From the IMG/VR virus record IMGVR_UViG_3300044259_000028, positions 18,283 through 82,282 of that record: DNA of 64,000 nucleotides. One strand, given 5' to 3'. Under the pieces are notes generated by a model. The model saw only the letters and a list, made by a program, of their open reading frames with translations, did no database searches and was not told the origin of the DNA. Both the position numbers and the translations under genes were made by a program. Positions 63,574 through 64,000 of the stretch are shown in pieces. This DNA comes from a virus (Duplodnaviria; Heunggongvirae; Uroviricota; Caudoviricetes). Position 1 is the first letter of the stretch. The number at the start of each line of letters is the position of its first letter.

Positions 63574-64000
63574 ATGTCGCAAAAGTTCCCAGCAGCTACC
63601 CTCGTAAATCTCGGCAAATTCGCCCTGAAAGCATTGGCCGAAAAACTGGACGATGCATACTTCGCAGACACGAAAGAACAATACGCTGAATTCATCGCAG
63701 AATTTACCGATACAGAAATTGAAGCGGCTTATAAGGCTTGCGGCTTTCCTATATTCACCACTAGCGCAACTAATGACCACATCACCCCGAAGGCGCATAT
63801 TGCACCTGTTAGCGTAGAACCGGCAGCAATGGATGCGACGGCGCAGATTGCTGGTGCTTTGTCTGCTTTGATGGCACAGAGCAAGGGCGCGTTAGACGTT
63901 GAGGGCGTCAAGGGTTTGATTAACGACTCATTGAAAGACGTTTACAGCATGCTGGAAACTGTCATGGATGCCAAAGCGCAACAGCTTGAAGTTATCAGTA
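63574..64000 (+). CDS. Hypothetical protein, 3' end beyond window
   Basis: AAGGAAG RBS then ATG at 63574. Frame stays open to the window end (MSQKFPAATLVNLGKFALKALAEKLDD...). Absent from the ORF track because it is truncated. Confidence 0.5.
   Translation, partial: MSQKFPAATLVNLGKFALKALAEKLDDAYFADTKEQYAEFIAEFTDTEIEAAYKACGFPIFTTSATNDHITPKAHIAPVSVEPAAMDATAQIAGALSALMAQSKGALDVEGVKGLINDSLKDVYSMLETVMDAKAQQLEVIS

Noticed and set aside
1-64000. CRISPR arrays, integrase or repressor lysogeny module, transposases
   Set aside because: None found. No spacer-repeat periodicity. No tyrosine or serine recombinase motifs. The only mobile-type genes are HNH homing endonucleases.

Overview
This 64 kb window reads as a contiguous slice of a tailed phage genome. 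No integrase, repressor or CRISPR is visible, and a virulent, siphovirus-like phage fits best (lambda-type capsid E/D pair, 1986-aa tape measure).

- 1-1000: a cluster of phage tRNA genes with no ORFs. tRNA-Ser(TGA) folds cleanly. tRNA-Ile(GAT), tRNA-Gln(TTG), tRNA-Ser(GCT) and an edge-truncated tRNA-Phe(GAA) fold with wobble pairs or odd loops. One Tyr-like remnant is also present.
- 1.1-23.3 kb (+ strand): the late operon, punctuated by consensus sigma70 promoters and intrinsic terminators.
  - It runs: large terminase, portal, head morphogenesis proteins, scaffold, decoration protein and major capsid protein.
  - Then: neck proteins, major tail protein, a tail chaperone with a probable -1 frameshift extension, and the tape measure.
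  - The tail-tip module is atypical: a 534-aa protein, a glycine-rich protein whose DNA carries 6 GCTGGTGG octamers, and a chaperone-like ORF.
  - The operon ends with a lysis cassette (GH108 endolysin and a 3TM holin) and an SGNH/GDSL hydrolase.
- 23.3 kb: convergent intrinsic terminators.
- 23.5-62.8 kb (- strand): the early/middle block.
  - A macro-domain protein.
  - A NAMPT-like plus Prs-like pair. This is either the NARP1-type NAD+ reconstitution pathway or classical NadV/PRPP salvage.
  - A SLOG-like protein.
  - Ribonucleotide reductase subunits nrdA and nrdB with a free-standing HNH-AP2 homing endonuclease, a MazG-like enzyme, and an HTH-metallophosphoesterase.
  - T7-like replication genes: gp6-like exonuclease, gp2.5-like SSB, gp4-like primase-helicase and a family A DNA polymerase.
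  - An HD hydrolase, a ThyX-like enzyme, a T4-like ATP-dependent DNA ligase, and an RNA-ligase-like protein with a tRNA-binding-type OB domain.
  - A SleB-like wall hydrolase and an SPFH lipoprotein.
  - Tandem secreted paralogs, an expanded family of small KOW/SH3-like proteins, and many hypotheticals.
- 42.3-43.7 kb: noncoding gaps holding atypical tRNA-like elements on the minus strand.
- 62.8-63.6 kb: a divergent promoter and repeat control region, then a rightward gene that runs off the window edge.

All calls rest on reading the ORF translations for motifs and folding RNA by hand. No database search was run.
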